A stretch of DNA of 64,000 bases from Ruditapes philippinarum (Eukaryota), in contig NW_026860215.1 in NCBI RefSeq assembly GCF_026571515.1, positions 1-64,000 of the forward strand. The letters are read 5' to 3'. Of this stretch, positions 1 to 12,009 are shown piece after piece. Under the pieces are notes generated by a model. The model had not been told where the DNA came from. It made no database searches and saw only the letters and a program-made list of their open reading frames with translations. Each line of letters begins with the position of its first letter. The stretch's first letter is position 1. The translations under genes were made by a program, and so were the position numbers.

Positions 1-506
1 AATAATTTCTTTTTACAAGCTATTTTCGCGTTCCGTAAGAACGTCAATTAATGTTATTTAAAATCACTAATTATAAAATGTATAGATTAATAGCTTAAAT
101 GACTTCTTCTCCGTTTAAAACGTTACTTACACGTTAATATATGACCCCTATATGACGTCACTTGATTACTGTTTTGATGGACAAGCGAGACTATCTATAA
201 TCAGTTAATAGATATATCAATATATTCTAACATTAATTACCCCTGCTCACTATATGGCACCGTTTCATTACGAACGTGACCAGAAGGTCTTTAAAGAATT
301 TTCGACAATATTTGTTTACCGCAATGAACTTTATTATAATTATCAGCAGGAGTTAACAGAAAAAAACAACGTGTTATAAATAAAATAATGTTTTAACTGA
401 AAATATAATGAAAAATAGAATACAATTAATAAATACATAAAAAACAAAGAAAAATAAAAAAAGAGATGCATAAAGAAATAAATAAAAACAAATATATGGA
501 TTTAAT

Positions 507-548
507 ATAATAATAATAATAATAATAATAATTATAATAATAATAATA

Positions 549-579
<31 letters not shown>
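507..579. repeat. (TAA)n directly followed by (TTA)n: inverted microsatellite
   Basis: A TAA run at ~507-547 abuts a TTA run at ~551-579; the two halves are reverse complements. Confidence 0.9.
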
Positions 580-581
<2 letters not shown>

Positions 582-1023
582 AGAATGCTTTATATCCAAT
601 AAGATAGAATTTGAATATTAATTTATTCGTTTATAGCGAATTAAAATCCACAGTAATTAAAATGTCAACTGAAAGAACGCGTAACGTAACGTTACGTAAC
701 ACATGTTACACGTAAATAAAATACACTGCGGAAACGAAATCTGGACAGCGGTATTTGATAATTGAATATAAGTGTTATTAATCATTTACATAGATAGAAT
801 GATGAGCAGTGATAGTATTTCACATGGACAAATGAAGATTAGCTAGTTCAATGCTCTTTTTGTTGGGTTTTTATTTCATCAAATCTAATATCTTAAGTGG
901 AAATTGGTAAAAAAGATGTGTCGAAGAGAAAAAATTGTTAAGAATAACATAAGAATTAGTTCATCCTGCCGCTGTCTATATCATCAGCTGGATAAAGCCT
1001 TGCCGGATAAACGTTGGTCAATT

Positions 1024-1121
1024 TTGCGACATTTAGCTGCGGTTGCGACATTTAGCGACACGTGCGACATTTAGCGACAAGTGCGGCATTTAGCGGCGTT
1101 GCGACATATAACGGCGCCACA
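1024..1121. repeat. Five ~19-bp TGCGACATTTAGCG repeats, probably the subterminal repeats and right end of a DNA transposon
   Basis: Tandem tgcgacatttagc copies end in ...acggcgccACA (a TGT...ACA-type terminus). No partner end was found in the window. Confidence 0.45.
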
Positions 1122-1398
1122 AACGTATCTACCTCTATAGTTAGCAACAAAACAAAACTACATAATTATACACGCTGTTTTATCGAGACAGGGGTGGGGG
1201 TCGGGGTAACAATAAAGTCATTCAAATAATCTAAAATCATGATTAAACTGACTAGTGAATTTTGCCATGCTTAACTCACCGGATAAAACTTCTCCATCCC
1301 GGCATCAACCATGCATTCTTTATATTACTGTAGAAAGATTTGTGGACGAATTATTCCACATTTCTTTTGCCCAAATAATTAGTTATACAGATTTTTGA

Positions 1399-1760
1399 CA
1401 TGTTATATGACCGTATATAAACGGTAGTTTGGAAATATAACCCGAGTGGCTAGGCGAGGGTTATATTGCAAGCAACCGTTTATATACGGCCATATACATG
1501 TAAGAAATACTCATAACGAATTTGAAATATAGCAAGCATCTATTTTTTAAAGTGAGATTTCTTTAATAAATTGACAGCAGCTGTGAATGTTAAACTATAT
1601 AAACGCCACGATTATCCAATGAAAAAGCGACGTTAGAAACGTGCCGTATTATAAAGTTGTGAAATACCGCGTTGTACAATACTTTTCAATGATATAAAGA
1701 TAATAAACAGCAACGTCAAAGGAGGCGCTTCAATTAAACGGTACGCATATCCGTTTAAAC
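1399..1760. mobile_element. Non-autonomous long-hairpin element
   Basis: Imperfect ~44-bp arms at 1399-1443 and 1458-1500 (catgttatatgaccgtatataaacggt...ataaccc / gggttatat...accgtttatatacggccatatacatg). A second small inverted site with the same core, ttaaacgg-N9-ccgtttaa, lies at 1734-1758. Confidence 0.5.
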
Positions 1761-2369
1761 GTTACGTGTCACACACGCTTGTTAACGTTTGAAATCTATT
1801 TTTTTTACTAAAATCTTATAGACGTTGTTTTTGACGCAATTGTTTACATGGATAGTTTTACTATTTGTTTTCTTTTTAACCTTTTTTTTGTTACCAATTC
1901 TATGTATTGTTCGAAATGTTTTTAAAATTCCTACCTTTATATAAGATATAATTATGCAGATTCCTAGTTTAGAAATCCTTGTCAGAGATTTTTTACAGTC
2001 ACTGATTTGAACTGACCGTTCAGTAAGGAAAAGTGCGGATTAAATATTAATTAGTAAACCAAGATTTTTTTTGAATAAAATCTAGATTTACGGATTAGTT
2101 GTTTGGATAATGACATTTTGTCATTTTTATGAAAAATAACTCCGACATATCGGTCTTTCTTTGTAGTAGACTGTGTATTAGCGGAAAGAATAACACTTAT
2201 TGAAATATATACTATTACACTAGGTCAATATTTTCTTAATTATTAGTAGCATTATGGTAGATCTGTTGAATCTAATACAAAGTGTGTTTCTTCGTTAAAA
2301 TAATACAAGTATACTACGGTGTCCTTATCGTGCCATTTAGAATGTCGTCCGTCGCGTCTAAGGGTAGAC

Positions 2370-2950
2370 ACACGACAATGCGAAGTGACATCGCGACAAT
2401 GCGAAGCGACGCTCGACAACGCGAAGCGATATGCGACAATGCGAAGCGACGCTCGACAGTGTCAAACGATATGTCGCACTGTCGCCTAGAAATGTCGCGG
2501 TAAAAAAGGGCGACATTTAAGAAATGTCGCTTCGCGTTGTCGAGTGTCGCTTCGCATTGTCGAGCGTCGCTTCGCGTTGTCGCGATGTCACTTCGCGTTG
2601 TCGCGATGTCACTTCGCGTTGTCGCATTGTCACTTCGCATTGTCGAGTGTCGAGGTTGGTAGAAGTGCATACCACGACACTCGACAATGCGAAACGACAA
2701 CGCGACAATGCGATACGACGCTCGACAATGCGAAGTGACACTCGACATCGCGAAGCGACATTTTTTTAAAATGTCGAGTAAATGTTCGCGTTATTTTTAT
2801 GATTTTTTACACCGCGACGCTCAACATTGCGAAGCGACACTCGACAATGCGAAGCGACACTCGACAACGCGAAGCGATACTCGACAACGCGAAGCGACAC
2901 TCGACAATGCGAAGCGACATTTGGAATAATATCGTATCGCATTGTCGTGC
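2370..2950. repeat. 20/21-bp CpG-rich subterminal repeats (GAAGCGACACTCGACAATGC) in the left TIR, mirrored at ~5915-6495
   Basis: A direct 20-bp period is visible at 2831-2920. Blocks switch orientation: forward ~2374-2460, reverse ~2524-2652, forward ~2675-2920. Confidence 0.9.
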
Positions 2951-3502
2951 GTCTACCGGTGCTTGGTCAGAATTTACTAACTCACCGACAAACGGTGCGA
3001 TCATGGAAGGGGTCGCACTAAACTGCTGACGAATTAGCTGACGATTAAAAAATATATAGGAAACTGCTGACAGTTAAATAAAGAAGGATTATCGGAAAAA
3101 TGCTGACCAGTTACACAAAGAAGGGAAACATTGAAGGTGTGAAGTTATATAAACACGCCGTAGGGGGTAATAAAAAGATGGGAAATTACTTTTATTCTTT
3201 TAATTATATTTTAATTTTTTGCATTTATATGACTATGTTTATAAACTAAATTAATATATACATTTAAAGTACCATAATATCATACATTTTAACACGGATT
3301 TACATTACTACATGTAATATAAATCCGTGATTTTAAAAGGATATATTAAACAGCTTTTGATACCTCTAAAGATATGCAAAAATTTGAATTAATGTTTATA
3401 AAGAATTATGATGTTATGAGTTTTATCAAAATCTCTTGTTAGTGATATTTCAATAGAAAAATCTTGTAACGGAAAAAAATGTATTTTCAAAAGCAATAAT
3501 TG

Positions 3503-5098
3503 CAATTTGAATTAATATTAAATAAGTAAGCAGTGTTTTAACTTAATTAAATGTCGACAAAACTTTATACAATATATTGAATTTCGTACATTATAAAATG
3601 AATTAAAATTTCACGACAAAATATATTTTTTTCTATATTTCTAACTGGTCAGCAGTTTCCCTATATATCTAACTGGTCAGCAGATTCTACTACATGTGTA
3701 TATGTTTAACTGGTCAGCATTTTCTCGCCTGAATGTAAAGAGCGTTAAATTTGCTAACCATATAGAATAAGAAGAGTTTTACGGCTTAAATCAATTGAAA
3801 AATAATATTAAATTGGTCAGCAGTGTTTTTACTTAATTAAATGTCGACATAATTTTATAAAATAAATTGAATTTGCATACATAATAAAAATGAATTACAA
3901 TTTCACGGCAAAATATATTTTTCTCTATATATCTAACTGGTCAGCAGTTTCCCTAAATATCTAACTGGTCAGCAGATTCTACTATAAATGTTTAACTGGT
4001 CAGCATTTTCTCGCCTGAATGTAAAGAGCGTTAAATTTGCTGACCATATAGAATAAGAGAGTTTTACGGCTTAAATCAATTTGAATTAACATTAAATTGG
4101 TCAGCAGTGTTTTTACTTAATTAAATGTCGACATAATTTTATAAAGTATATTGAATTTGCATACATTATAAAATGAGTAACAATTTCACGGCAATATATA
4201 TTTTTCTCTATATATCTAACTGGTCAGCAGTTTCCCTATATATCTAACTGGTCAGCAGATTCTACTGTATGTTTAACTGGTCAGCATTTTCTCGCCTGAA
4301 TGTGAAAGAGCGTTAAATTTGCTGACCATATAGAATAAGAAGAGTTTTACGGCTTAAATCAATTTGAATTAACATTAAATTGGTCAGCAGTGTTTTTACT
4401 TAATTAAATGTCGACATGATTTTATATAATATATAAAATTTGCATACATTATAAAATGAGTAACAATTTCACGGCAAAATATATATTTTTTCTATATTTC
4501 TAACTGGTCGGCAGTTTCCCTATATATCTAACTGGTCAGCAGATTCTACTATATGTTTAACTGGTCAGCATTTTCTCGCCTGAATGTAAAGAGCGTTAAA
4601 TTTGCTGACCATATAGAATAAGAAGACTTTTACGGCTTAAATCAATTTGAAATAATATTAAATTGGTCAGCAGTGTTTTTTACTTAATTAAATGTCGACA
4701 TAATTTTATAAAATATATTGATTTTGCATACATTATAAAATGAATTACAATTTCACGGCAAAATATATTTTTCTCTATATATCTAACTGGTCAGCAGTTT
4801 CCCTATATATCTAACTGGTCAGCAGATTCTACTATATGTTTAACTGGTCAGCATTTTTCTCGCCTGAATGTAAAGAGCGTTAAATTTGCTGACCATATAG
4901 AATAAGAGAGTTTTACGGCTTAAATCAATTTGAATTAACATTAAATTGGTCAGCAGTGTTTTTACTTAATTAAATGTCGACATTATTTTTATAAAATATA
5001 TTAAATTTGCATAATGAGTAACAATTTCGTAGCATTTAAAATATATTTTTCTCTATATATCTAACTTTTCAGCAGATTCTACAATATGGTCAGCATTT
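3503..5098 (+). repeat. ~283-bp tandem array (about 5.5 copies) inside the foldback element
   Basis: The anchor aatGTCGACA recurs at 3553, 3843, 4127, 4410, 4694 and 4976. Each unit carries several TAACTGGTCAGCA motifs. Confidence 0.95.
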
Positions 5099-6836
5099 TA
5101 ATAACATATTTTTGACTGTTTATTGTATTTTGTCATAGATAAATCAAGAATGACACGTCGCGTGTGAAATCGATTTTAATATGACCTTGGGGCATATCGA
5201 TCTCGATAAATTATCAGTTTAATGGATATCTGTGGAAACATGTTGTTTATAATGTAATAAAAGCTTATTAACTATAACAATTCGCACATTATTAATTTTT
5301 GTTCAATATTACTTATACAATTATACGAACAACAAATAAGGAAACAGAAATCACTTTATTTCATATTTGCACTAAATACGACATAATAATTATATTTTGT
5401 TAAAATATACATTACGTATATGTACATGTATGTATATATTTTAACCTATGATGCATAGTTTTATACATACTTGAAACAAATTATGATTTTTCGTACATCA
5501 TATTTTGACTACATTTTTAAAATTTTAACCAATATATAACACATAGAAGAAAATTCATTAAGGTACTTAAATAAAATATTTATATCAAAATAAATTGAGA
5601 AATATACAGTATATATCAATTGAATTTTTTTATAATTAATATGTATCATTTGTAATATTGACATCTTGAAAAAACATTTTATCAAGTATTTCTCGACCTC
5701 GCCTGTAATATCACCAACGGCAATTTGACACCTTCATTGTTTTCCCTTCTTCATCTAACAGGTCAGCAGTTTTCGATAATCCTTCTTTGTTTAACTGGTC
5801 AGCAGTTTCCTATATATTCTATATCGTCAGCTAATTCGTCAGCAGTTTAGTGCGACCCCTTCCATGATCGCACCGTTTGTCGGTGAGTTAGTAAATTCTG
5901 ACCAAGCACCGGTAGACGCACGACAATACGATACGATATTATTCCAAATGTCGCTTCGCATTGTCGAGTGTCGCTTCGCGTTGTCGAGTATCGCTTCGCG
6001 TTGTCGAGTGTCGCTTCGCATTGTCGAGTGTCGCTTCGCAATGTTGAGCGTCGCGGTGTAAAAATCATAAAAATAACGCGACATTTACTCGACATTTTAA
6101 AAATGTCGCTTCGCGATGTCGAGTGTCACTTCGCATTGTCGAGCGTCGTATCGCATTGTCGCGTTGTCGTTTCGCATTGTCGAGTGTCGTTGGTATGCAC
6201 TTCTACCAACCTCGACACTCGACAATGCGAAGTGACAATGCGACAACGCGAAGTGACATCGCGACAACGCAAGTGACATCGCGACAACGCGAAGCGACGC
6301 TCGACAATGCGAAGCGACACTCGACAACGCGAAGCGACATTTCTTAAATGTCGCCCTTTTTTACCGCGACATTTCTAGGCGACAGTGCGACATATCGTTT
6401 GACACTGTCGTGCGTCGCTTCGCATTGTCGCATATCGCTTCGCGTTGTCGAGCGTCGCTTCGCATTGTCGCGATGTCACTTCGCATTGTCGTGTGTCTAC
6501 CCTTAGACGCGACGGACGACATTCTAAATGGCACGATAAGGACACCGTAGTATACCCTTCAAAAATTTTTGATTCGCGATATAAAGTTATGAAAACAGTA
6601 AGCTAGCAGATGTGTTATAGAATGTTTATTTTCTCAACATTTAGTCATCACTGCATGGGACCTCCGAGGTTCATTAGATAAGGTATAACAATTTAGCACT
6701 TAATTTTAAATATAAATAAATGACAAACTTGAGTACATATTTATGGTATAAAAAAGAGCTATTTATTCAGTAGCCGCAGTTATCTTTGAGTGGGTCTCAA
6801 AGAATGTAGAGGATCGGGCAACATTCAAGACTCGTT

Positions 6837-6966
6837 NNNNNNNNNNNNNNNNNNNNNNNNNNNNNNNNNNNNNNNNNNNNNNNNNNNNNNNNNNNNNNNN
6901 NNNNNNNNNNNNNNNNNNNNNNNNNNNNNNNNNNNNNNNNNNNNNNNNNNNNNNNNNNNNNNNNNN
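6837..6966. other. Assembly gap (130 N)
   Basis: Run of N. Confidence 1.
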
Positions 6967-7214
6967 AACGGTAACGATTAAAGAATGAGTCACTTGCACC
7001 ATATTATTACCGAATCCGGTTTTCTTCTCGCAGCGGTTACTTCCCCTGTACAGAAATTACTGCCGCCTCGAGTAAAGGTCGGCCGTAATTGAGTCGAGCA
7101 TATTTATATTTCCGAATTTAATACTTGCTATGACTTTAGGTTTCCTGCATATGATTATTGTAATTATCATGCTTAATCTAAAAAAAAACAACCAAACAAA
7201 CACAATAGATAAAT

Positions 7215-7488
7215 TAATGGATGATCGATGGATGATGGATGGATGGGCTGGTGGGGATGGATTGGTGGGTTGGTTTATGACTGGGTGCGTATGCGTAAGG
7301 TATCTAGCTAGTTTATTGAAGGAACATGAATCTACTAATGTGTCCGGAAAGGCCAGAAAGAATGCATCGAAAAGATCTTTCTCAACAAGTGAGGCCGGAT
7401 AATCGGCAAGCGTGAATCAAAACAACGGCGGTGAGGGCCATGTGACTTTAAGTCAGCGGCCAAAATCAATTTTGCCACTGAGGCCCCA
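7215..7488 (-). mobile_element. Degenerate tRNA-derived SINE with a (CCAT/CCAA)-type simple-repeat tail
   Basis: The minus strand starts ggggcctcagtggc...gctgacttaaagtcacatggccctcaccgc, the same head as the SINE at 29671-29943. The body differs, and a GGAT/GGTT-rich tail lies at ~7215-7285. Confidence 0.6.
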
Positions 7489-10400
7489 ATATCTTTTTTT
7501 TTAAAGAGTGTAGAAAACACGAAATTATGAAGCTGGTTGGAACATATCTTTCCCTTTGCAACATCATTAAAATGTTCGCGTTCCTTTCATTTACTTTGTG
7601 TACTTGTGTGTTTGTACCATTGTTTTGTTTTTGTTTATATGCACTTATCCCGTCGCTCTGATTTCTAGCGGTGTTATTACATAGTGGCAAATACTACAAG
7701 CTGGATTCTATACTAATATCTTATAAAAACGTTTGTTCAGATTTTATGAAAATATTTTCAGATTATAATGGTTCAACATTTGAAATAGTTAATCAGTTGT
7801 GTAAACACTGTAAACTTTGTTGGAGAAACGCTGCATAGTTTTAAGATTTTGAAGTAGTTAAGAAAAGTAGTAAAGAATGTAAAAATACAATTATAATAAT
7901 ATCTACCGAACACGAAAAAAACCTGGGTCCAAAACATAAAAAAGTGTGAAAATTAAGGCAAATCTACAAAGACAACAACATGAAAATTTATAACTTCGTT
8001 CATTTATCAAGACATGAAAACAAACTGTTTTCTAGTGTTATTATGTAGACATGCAAGTATGTTTGTTTAACTGAAATACAAATATTTCAATATTATTACC
8101 AACTTTGGTCCAATATTATAATGTAATTTATCATGTGATTGTTTTCTTTATATATATTTAACGCTACAAATTATGCATAATATGAATGATTATATTATAT
8201 ACGACCCTGGCTTTGAACAGGATCATAAGTTCAATTTTCAAGATTTGTTTTATTATAAAAAAACATCACCAGGCTTCAGCTATTAAAACAGACATATTTT
8301 TACGTATTTCGTATGTAAACGTTGTGTAAGAAATATATACACACGAAGATGTTTTTGCTTGTTTTGAGAGATTATGATATACATCACATTTCAAAAGTGA
8401 TAGAAACTATTTTCACGAGCGCGCATGTGAAAATGTGAATATGTTCACACTTTTATTTTCAAGAAATATTTGACGCTTAACCATCGACCAATAAGTACAG
8501 TACAGTACTTACGAAAACAAACTTAAAGCAACCGATAGCATGATAGTGGAAATCGATTGGTCACATGTAGAATCACTATCAAATGTCGATCAAACTCGAC
8601 GAAATCCTAAGTTGTAATGCCCATCTTTCTTCCATTGGTGTTAAGTATAACTTGATTAGTTGTTTATTGGTTGCCCATTGGTGATAATGGGTTGTAAACA
8701 GGTTGGCAATCTGTTGTTTGTAAAAAAAAAATCACCGATCGAGAATTTTAAACATTAAAAAATCTCGGTAATCTTTTCATAGATAAAACGTTTGCTGAGG
8801 CAGAAAGCAGGACTTGGTACAAAATAGGTGATTTCGGTGTTAAAAGCGTTGTCATTGGTTCACTCCACAATCTTCGGGCCACTAACTTTATTTTTGCCCA
8901 AAAAATCATTTTCATTCTTCATTAGTAAGTTAAGAAGCAGATCAGCTGAAGGTTGAACATATTGTAAAATGGCCTTTATAATACTCAAATCCAAAAATAG
9001 AAGAAAACTACCCTTTTTACAAAGTTTCTTATTATTTCCATTGCATCTCCCATTTACAAAATGTGAAAATAACACCAACCATAGGGTCCTTTTATAATCA
9101 ATTATTAATAATGTTTGGTCTGGATTACAAAAAGTAATTATGTTGATAGTGTTAAGTATCAGATATTTCAACAAACCACAATAGAATCATATATGGATGT
9201 TGCTGGCAGAACAAAATATTATTATTCATCATTTAAATATTTAATACAACACTCCTATGAACATGAAGATATCGGCTATCAATAGCTGAGATTAGATAAT
9301 ACAAAATAGATAAGCAAAATAATTAATGTAATTGCATTCATATATTCATGAAATTGAAGAACATATTCCCAAGGGACCAGTCATAGTGGAAAAATTCGAT
9401 GGGATAAATAAATTGTTTCTACTAGTAATGAATTTGACTGTAAAAATCAGTGTTGATTGTCTCATTCTCTTGAAAAATTACTGCATTAAATGAGATGAGT
9501 TAGCGAAAACTCTGGATTTGCAAAGTAAATCAGGAAGGTGTATTGCTTATTTGAAACAAGCTCCGTTGTTATCATTAACACCCAAACTTCACTAGTGAAT
9601 ATATCTTATTGATATAGTGTGCTTAAGAATGATAATTATGTTCTAATATTATTTTAATTATTTATTATTATCATTATTTTTGTAAATTTTGTCAGGATCA
9701 TAGTTCATAATGTTTAAGAGATATAAATTTGATACTTCATTGTAGGATGGATCACAGATATAGGGAATTCAATGCACAAGAATAACAACAAATTGTCCAC
9801 TTATTAAGAGGACCAGGATCAAAATTTATATAAACATGGGAATTTTATTTTCAGTTTCATTTTTTTTGGATTTCTTAAGAATTGCAGTATTGAGTCAAAC
9901 AACTTTTGCACAGATTTTCTTTAACCTGTTTTCCAGTCATAATCCGTATTAACAGCATATTCAGTAGTATGTAATAATTTGAAATTTTCCCCAATTTTTA
10001 CTTTTCCCCCAAAAATTATATCTACAATTAAAGTTGTTCCTATATTACTGTTCATAGAAATATGCAATCATATCATTTTAGACTTATTTATTAAGTTATC
10101 ATTTAGTCAAAAAAATAATATTTCAGGGCAGGACCTAAGATATTTGTTTCATTAACTATTTCCAACTTTCTTTTGTATGTAAATTATTATACATTTATAA
10201 TTGCTAAAATATAATATTATATAATGATGTTAATTTACATATCATATACAATATATACAAGAATAAAACTTGCTAATGCTCGCGGCCTGTCATACAAAAT
10301 AAATGTAAATGTGTCTGCTATTTAAGCTTCACTAACACGACGTATAATTAATTTTTATTAAACTTTTTACTGTACTGAAAAAAAATCAGTTTTAAAATTT

Positions 10401-11836
10401 TGAGTTTGGTTAAATAATATTCCATACTGCCTGATTTTGAAATTGAGAATAACTTTTTCAATGTCGTGATTTCTTCTGTTTAGATAAATCGTTTGTACAA
10501 ATTGCTCTTGTGGATATACAGAAAATATAGTTTGTATAAGATTAGACGAGTCATTGTTAAGGACAATTTTGCTTATGTTAAAAAATGTATACGAAAATTC
10601 ATAAGTTACTGTAAAACATTGTTGATCTCCAATATTTGTATGTAAGATAAGCTAGATGTATAATGCAAGCTTTATAGCGAACCACTGCAAGAACGGTTTT
10701 TATTGCCTTGCCCATAAGTTTTTTGTTAACGGTGTATCAAATTACTACAATTTGTGATATAAAGATACTTATTGCACTCTGATTCGAAATACCAGTGGTG
10801 TTGTAAATAATATTTCATAGAAAACAAACAAGACATGATTGAGTTTAATTGCAAAGTTTCATGGAATCCTAAAAATAAACATTGTCATTCAGATCCAGGT
10901 AGTCTTGATGTCTTGCAACTTATGATGTCCCAGTGTCGCATTACGTGTGCATGCTTGCAAGTATTGATCTTGTTTTTCATGTTTTATAAATATATCGAAT
11001 GTCATTCATAACAAAACACCATGCCGATTAACCATAGCCGAAAATGCTCAAAGTATGAAAGTTGCAAATATATCAAAAACAGTAAACATACTTTCTCTGT
11101 CATCACTATTTTGAGCAATTTAATAAAACGGCCGTGAAATGATGACAAGTGTCAATCGAAATTACCAGCATACTCTTTTTAACTTTGTAGCACATCTGAT
11201 TCAATTCTATTAATATTGATCATGGATTATTAAGGGGAAGTAAATGTTAAAATACTGGTTATGTAAAGTTACCTAAGTTATTCCCCTTCATTTGTCACAA
11301 TTAAAACTGCAAGTTTGCTTTTTTGTGTATTCTATTGATGCATTACCGAATTTCTCAAACATAAAAGAAAATGTATTGTAGCTTAAATTGATAATGTTTG
11401 GTAAAGATAGGCCAATTCTTGTGTATTATATACATGTATTCATATGCTTTTTAAGTAATTTCTTATCTCATTAAACATTCTCACATTACATAAACCATTA
11501 TTTTGTAATTATATATATTCATGTCATGTGTCATTTATGTATTATATGTTGTATTTGTATATGTAATATGGTGATGAGCTTTTTATGCTTAAACCAAGAA
11601 ATAAAGTTTCTGTTCTGTTCTGTTCTAATGAAACCAAGTTTTTGTTATTAGAGTTTAGAAAAATCTTTCGGTAGAGATTTTTCTAGGATTGATTTTGATG
11701 ACCATTTAAAAGCCATTGGCAGTTTTTGTCTGTCCAAATGATAAGACACTGTTAACTGGAAGGATAACAATTAAACCAAAACAAAGCTCTAAATAATAAA
11801 GAATTTATTTAATAAATAATTGTATTCTAAGCTTTT

Positions 11837-12009
11837 TTATCTTTTGAAGAAAGCAAAATATCCAAAAGCAGACATCAATGAGATTCCGGACACAGCAAGT
11901 GTTAGAATTTTCTTTCCAAATGTGAACTGACCAGCGTTGTTACTGAGATTCTTTGTAATGTCGTCATCCATTTGCCCTATGGAATCTTTCTCGGGAATGA
12001 TTTCATTTC
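11837..12009 (-). CDS. Terminal exon encoding a tail-anchor transmembrane helix
   Basis: atatatttcAG|GA AAT...; translation GNEIIPEKDSIGQMDDDITKNLSNNAGQFTFGKKILTLAVSGISLMSAFGYFAFFKR-stop. Confidence 0.8.

Larger units (their letters stand above)
2314..6550. mobile_element. Foldback-type non-autonomous DNA transposon with ~830-bp TIRs and a central tandem array
   Basis: Left end gtata|CTACGGTGTCCTTATCGTGCC; right end GGCACGATAAGGACACCGTAG|tatac (TA or TATA target duplication). 2314-~3044 is the near-perfect reverse complement of ~5824-6550, with a diverged extension to ~3145/~5722. No transposase ORF. Confidence 0.93.

Noticed and set aside
3503-5098. Possible CRISPR-like array
   Set aside because: Whole units are repeated with no unique spacers, the context is eukaryotic and there are no cas genes.
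2282-6347. Many overlapping 60-140-aa ORFs rich in R/S/C/D/T
   Set aside because: They are translations of the stop-poor 20/21-bp TIR repeats, mirrored on both strands, with no protein domain.
8480-10780. Possible decayed DNA transposon (short palindromes near 8735-8770; ORF 8860-9174)
   Set aside because: No matching termini, TSD or recognisable transposase motif found.
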